From Eubacteriales bacterium (GTDB lineage Bacteria; Bacillota; Clostridia; Oscillospirales; CAG-272), in the NCBI GenBank assembly GCA_045654845.1, contig JAZOOB010000046.1, positions 1 through 57,578 on the forward strand: 57,578 nucleotides of DNA. Direction: 5' to 3'. The translations under genes and the position numbers were made by a program. Shown here piece after piece: positions 56,171 through 57,578 of the stretch. The notes beneath the pieces were generated by a model. That model was not told the origin of the DNA, made no database searches, and saw only the letters and a program-made list of their open reading frames with translations. Every line of letters begins with the position of its first letter. Position 1 is the first letter of the stretch.

Positions 56171-56263
56171 CGAATTATCTCCTTTTCGTATTTTGTACTG
56201 TAAATATTATACTACGTTTTTATGAAAAAATCAAGAATATTTTATATTTTTTATATTATTTTA

Positions 56264-56292
56264 TTGACAAAGCTTTTTCTTCGTGCTAAAAT
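56264..56292 (+). promoter_or_regulatory. sigma-A type promoter of the thiT leader
   Basis: TTGACA at 56264-56269, a 17-nt spacer, then TAAAAT at 56287-56292. Confidence 0.6.
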
Positions 56293-56299
56293 ACAAAGG

Positions 56300-56476
56300 A
56301 ACCGCACAGAATCAAATATCAGGGGTGCTATGCCATAGGCTACGCTGAGACGGAAGATTCCGAACCCTTTAACCTGATACGGATAATGCCGTCGTAGGGA
56401 GATTTTCATTACCTTTCATACGCTATGATAATGATGATTGTAACCGCACGGATTTGAGTCCGTGCGGTATTTTATT
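56300..56476 (+). promoter_or_regulatory. TPP (THI-box) riboswitch with terminator
   Basis: CAGGGGTGCTATGCC...GCTGAGACGGAAGATTCCGAACCCTTTAACCTGATACGGATAATGCCGTCGTAGGGAG matches the TPP aptamer consensus. The hairpin ACCGCACGGA-TTTGAG-TCCGTGCGGT plus ATTTTATTT (56443-56476) follows. An upstream ACCGCAC (56301-56307) could take part in alternative pairing. Confidence 0.9.
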
Positions 56477-56489
56477 TCAGGAGGAAAAA

Positions 56490-57116
56490 ATGAAAAAAAT
56501 CATTTTAACTATCACAGAGTGTGCGGTGCTACTCGCTTTATCGGTCGCACTCAGCTTTATTAAGCTTTGGGAAATGCCACTTGGCGGGTCTGTAACGCTT
56601 GTGAGTATGCTCCCTATCTTCCTCGTTTCTATAAAATTCGGGGTAGTAAAAGGTCTTGGCACGGCATTTGTATATTCACTCTTTCAGCTTTTACAGGCGG
56701 TAATGCAGGGGGATGTTTTCATATATTGCGAGACTTGGGTAATACTGCTTATATGCGTACTTTTCGATTATCTGCTCCCCTTCACCGCACTTGGTATTGC
56801 AGGTATATTCAAGAACTTCCATCTCGTCAGGGCAAAGAAGAACGGCGAGGTGAAAGAAATACGCGACTTCGGTCTCAATCTTGGTATTTCTTTTGCCATT
56901 TTTCTCAGATTTATATGTCATTTTGTGACAGGTGTGTTCATTTGGGGACAGTGGGCGCCTGAGGGAATGGGCAAATTCGGATATTCGCTTCTCTATAACG
57001 GCGGATATCTCGGCATAGAGCTTATTCTCACGGTTATTGTCAGTGTACTATTACTGTCAAGAAAAGAAATGAGAAAAATTTTAGCTCTTAAAAAGGTAAA
57101 CGTCACCCTTAACTGA
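56490..57116 (+). CDS. thiT: thiamine transporter ThiT (ECF S component)
   Basis: 208 aa polytopic protein directly behind the TPP riboswitch. ATG at 56490 after AGGAGGAAAAA. LWEMPLGGSVTLVSMLPIFL matches the typical ThiT N-terminal region. Confidence 0.82.
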   Translation: MKKIILTITECAVLLALSVALSFIKLWEMPLGGSVTLVSMLPIFLVSIKFGVVKGLGTAFVYSLFQLLQAVMQGDVFIYCETWVILLICVLFDYLLPFTALGIAGIFKNFHLVRAKKNGEVKEIRDFGLNLGISFAIFLRFICHFVTGVFIWGQWAPEGMGKFGYSLLYNGGYLGIELILTVIVSVLLLSRKEMRKILALKKVNVTLN

Positions 57117-57123
57117 TTTATAT

Positions 57124-57152
57124 CTTGACAATTCTATAAAAAAAGCGTATAA
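57124..57152 (+). promoter_or_regulatory. sigma-A type promoter of rnpB
   Basis: TTGACA at 57124-57129, a 17-nt spacer, then TATAAT at 57147-57152. Confidence 0.6.
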
Positions 57153-57157
57153 TTAAC

Positions 57158-57536
57158 AAGCGACTAAGCGGCGCAATCGCGTAATATGTTGCCGAAAGGT
57201 ATTATTATGAGGAAAGTCCGGGCTTCGCAGAGCAGGATAACGGATAACGTCCGCCGAGGGTGACCTCAGGGAAAGTGCAACAGAAATAAACCGCCACTTT
57301 TTGTGGTAAGGATGGAAAGGCGAGGTAAGAGCTCACCGGCATTGTAGGTAACTACGTGCAAATGTAAACCCTATCCGAAGCAACACCTTTCATTTGGCTT
57401 TTATGCCCAGTTGCTCGCTGTTTTTGAATGGTGGCAGGAGTTTTTGCTCCAAGCCGTACGGTAACGTGCGGCGAAGATAGATGATTGCGGCTCACTTTTA
57501 GTGTTCACAGAACCCGGCTTATATACTTACGTCGTC
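57158..57536 (+). ncRNA. rnpB: RNase P RNA, bacterial class A
   Basis: It carries the universal GAGGAAAGTCCGGGC (P4 5' strand) and ACAGAACCCGGCTTA (P4 3' strand). Class A-like internal elements are present (AGTGCAACAGAAATAAACCGCC, GGTAAGAGCTCACC, GTAAACCC). The ends are approximate, within about 10 nt. Confidence 0.9.
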
Positions 57537-57537
57537 A

Positions 57538-57568
57538 AAGGACCTCTTATGAGGTCCTTTGTTTTTTT
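57538..57568 (+). terminator. intrinsic terminator after rnpB
   Basis: AAAGGACCTC-TTAT-GAGGTCCTTT followed by GTTTTTTT. Confidence 0.78.
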
Positions 57569-57578
57569 CTCTATATTG

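Noticed and set aside
55990-56203. 70-aa plus-strand ORF (MQNRQAKLKLCCFCF...).
   Set aside because: It is antisense to the better-supported 52-aa peptide gene, which has a promoter, RBS and terminator. It has no RBS, and a terminator hairpin lies just upstream of it.

Overview
This window looks like a low-GC Firmicutes chromosome, Clostridia-like and probably spore-forming. That reading rests on SpoVD/SpoVE-type dcw genes, a YtvI-like permease and a CotJC-like Mn catalase. Most of it is core housekeeping.

Core content, left to right:
- A partial recD2, then metK behind a SAM-I riboswitch, rpe, and ispF-ispD.
- A long dcw cluster: mraZ-rsmH-ftsL-PBP-murE-murF-mraY-ftsW-murG-ftsQ-ftsZ. It lacks murD and ftsA.
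- typA, a CNNM/CorC-type transporter, rpmB, a cyclophilin, and a DUF512-der-obg operon.
- ispE, rpsF-ssb-rpsR, rpsT, ylxM-ffh-rpsP-KH, a TPP riboswitch with thiT, and a class A RNase P RNA.

I saw no transposase, integrase, CRISPR array, rRNA or tRNA.

Two regions look accessory or poorly understood:
1. 30.3-43.2 kb carries three tandem paralogous genes for very large lipoproteins (919, 1193 and 1196 aa) with a right-handed beta-helix. The two longest carry an extra internally duplicated N-terminal module. Upstream on the same strand is a two-gene operon encoding a mutarotase-like (DUF4432-like) protein and an M24/creatinase-like protein. By eye, the M24-like protein has lost two canonical metal ligands. 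The operon sits behind a leader with a GC-rich terminator-like palindrome.
2. 43.4-46.0 kb is a tightly coupled operon: a fused double-DUF1538 membrane protein, a fused tandem PII-like protein, and a membrane-anchored zinc-ribbon protein.

These two loci are my best candidates for an undescribed system. All family assignments come from motif recognition by eye and need HMM or BLAST confirmation.
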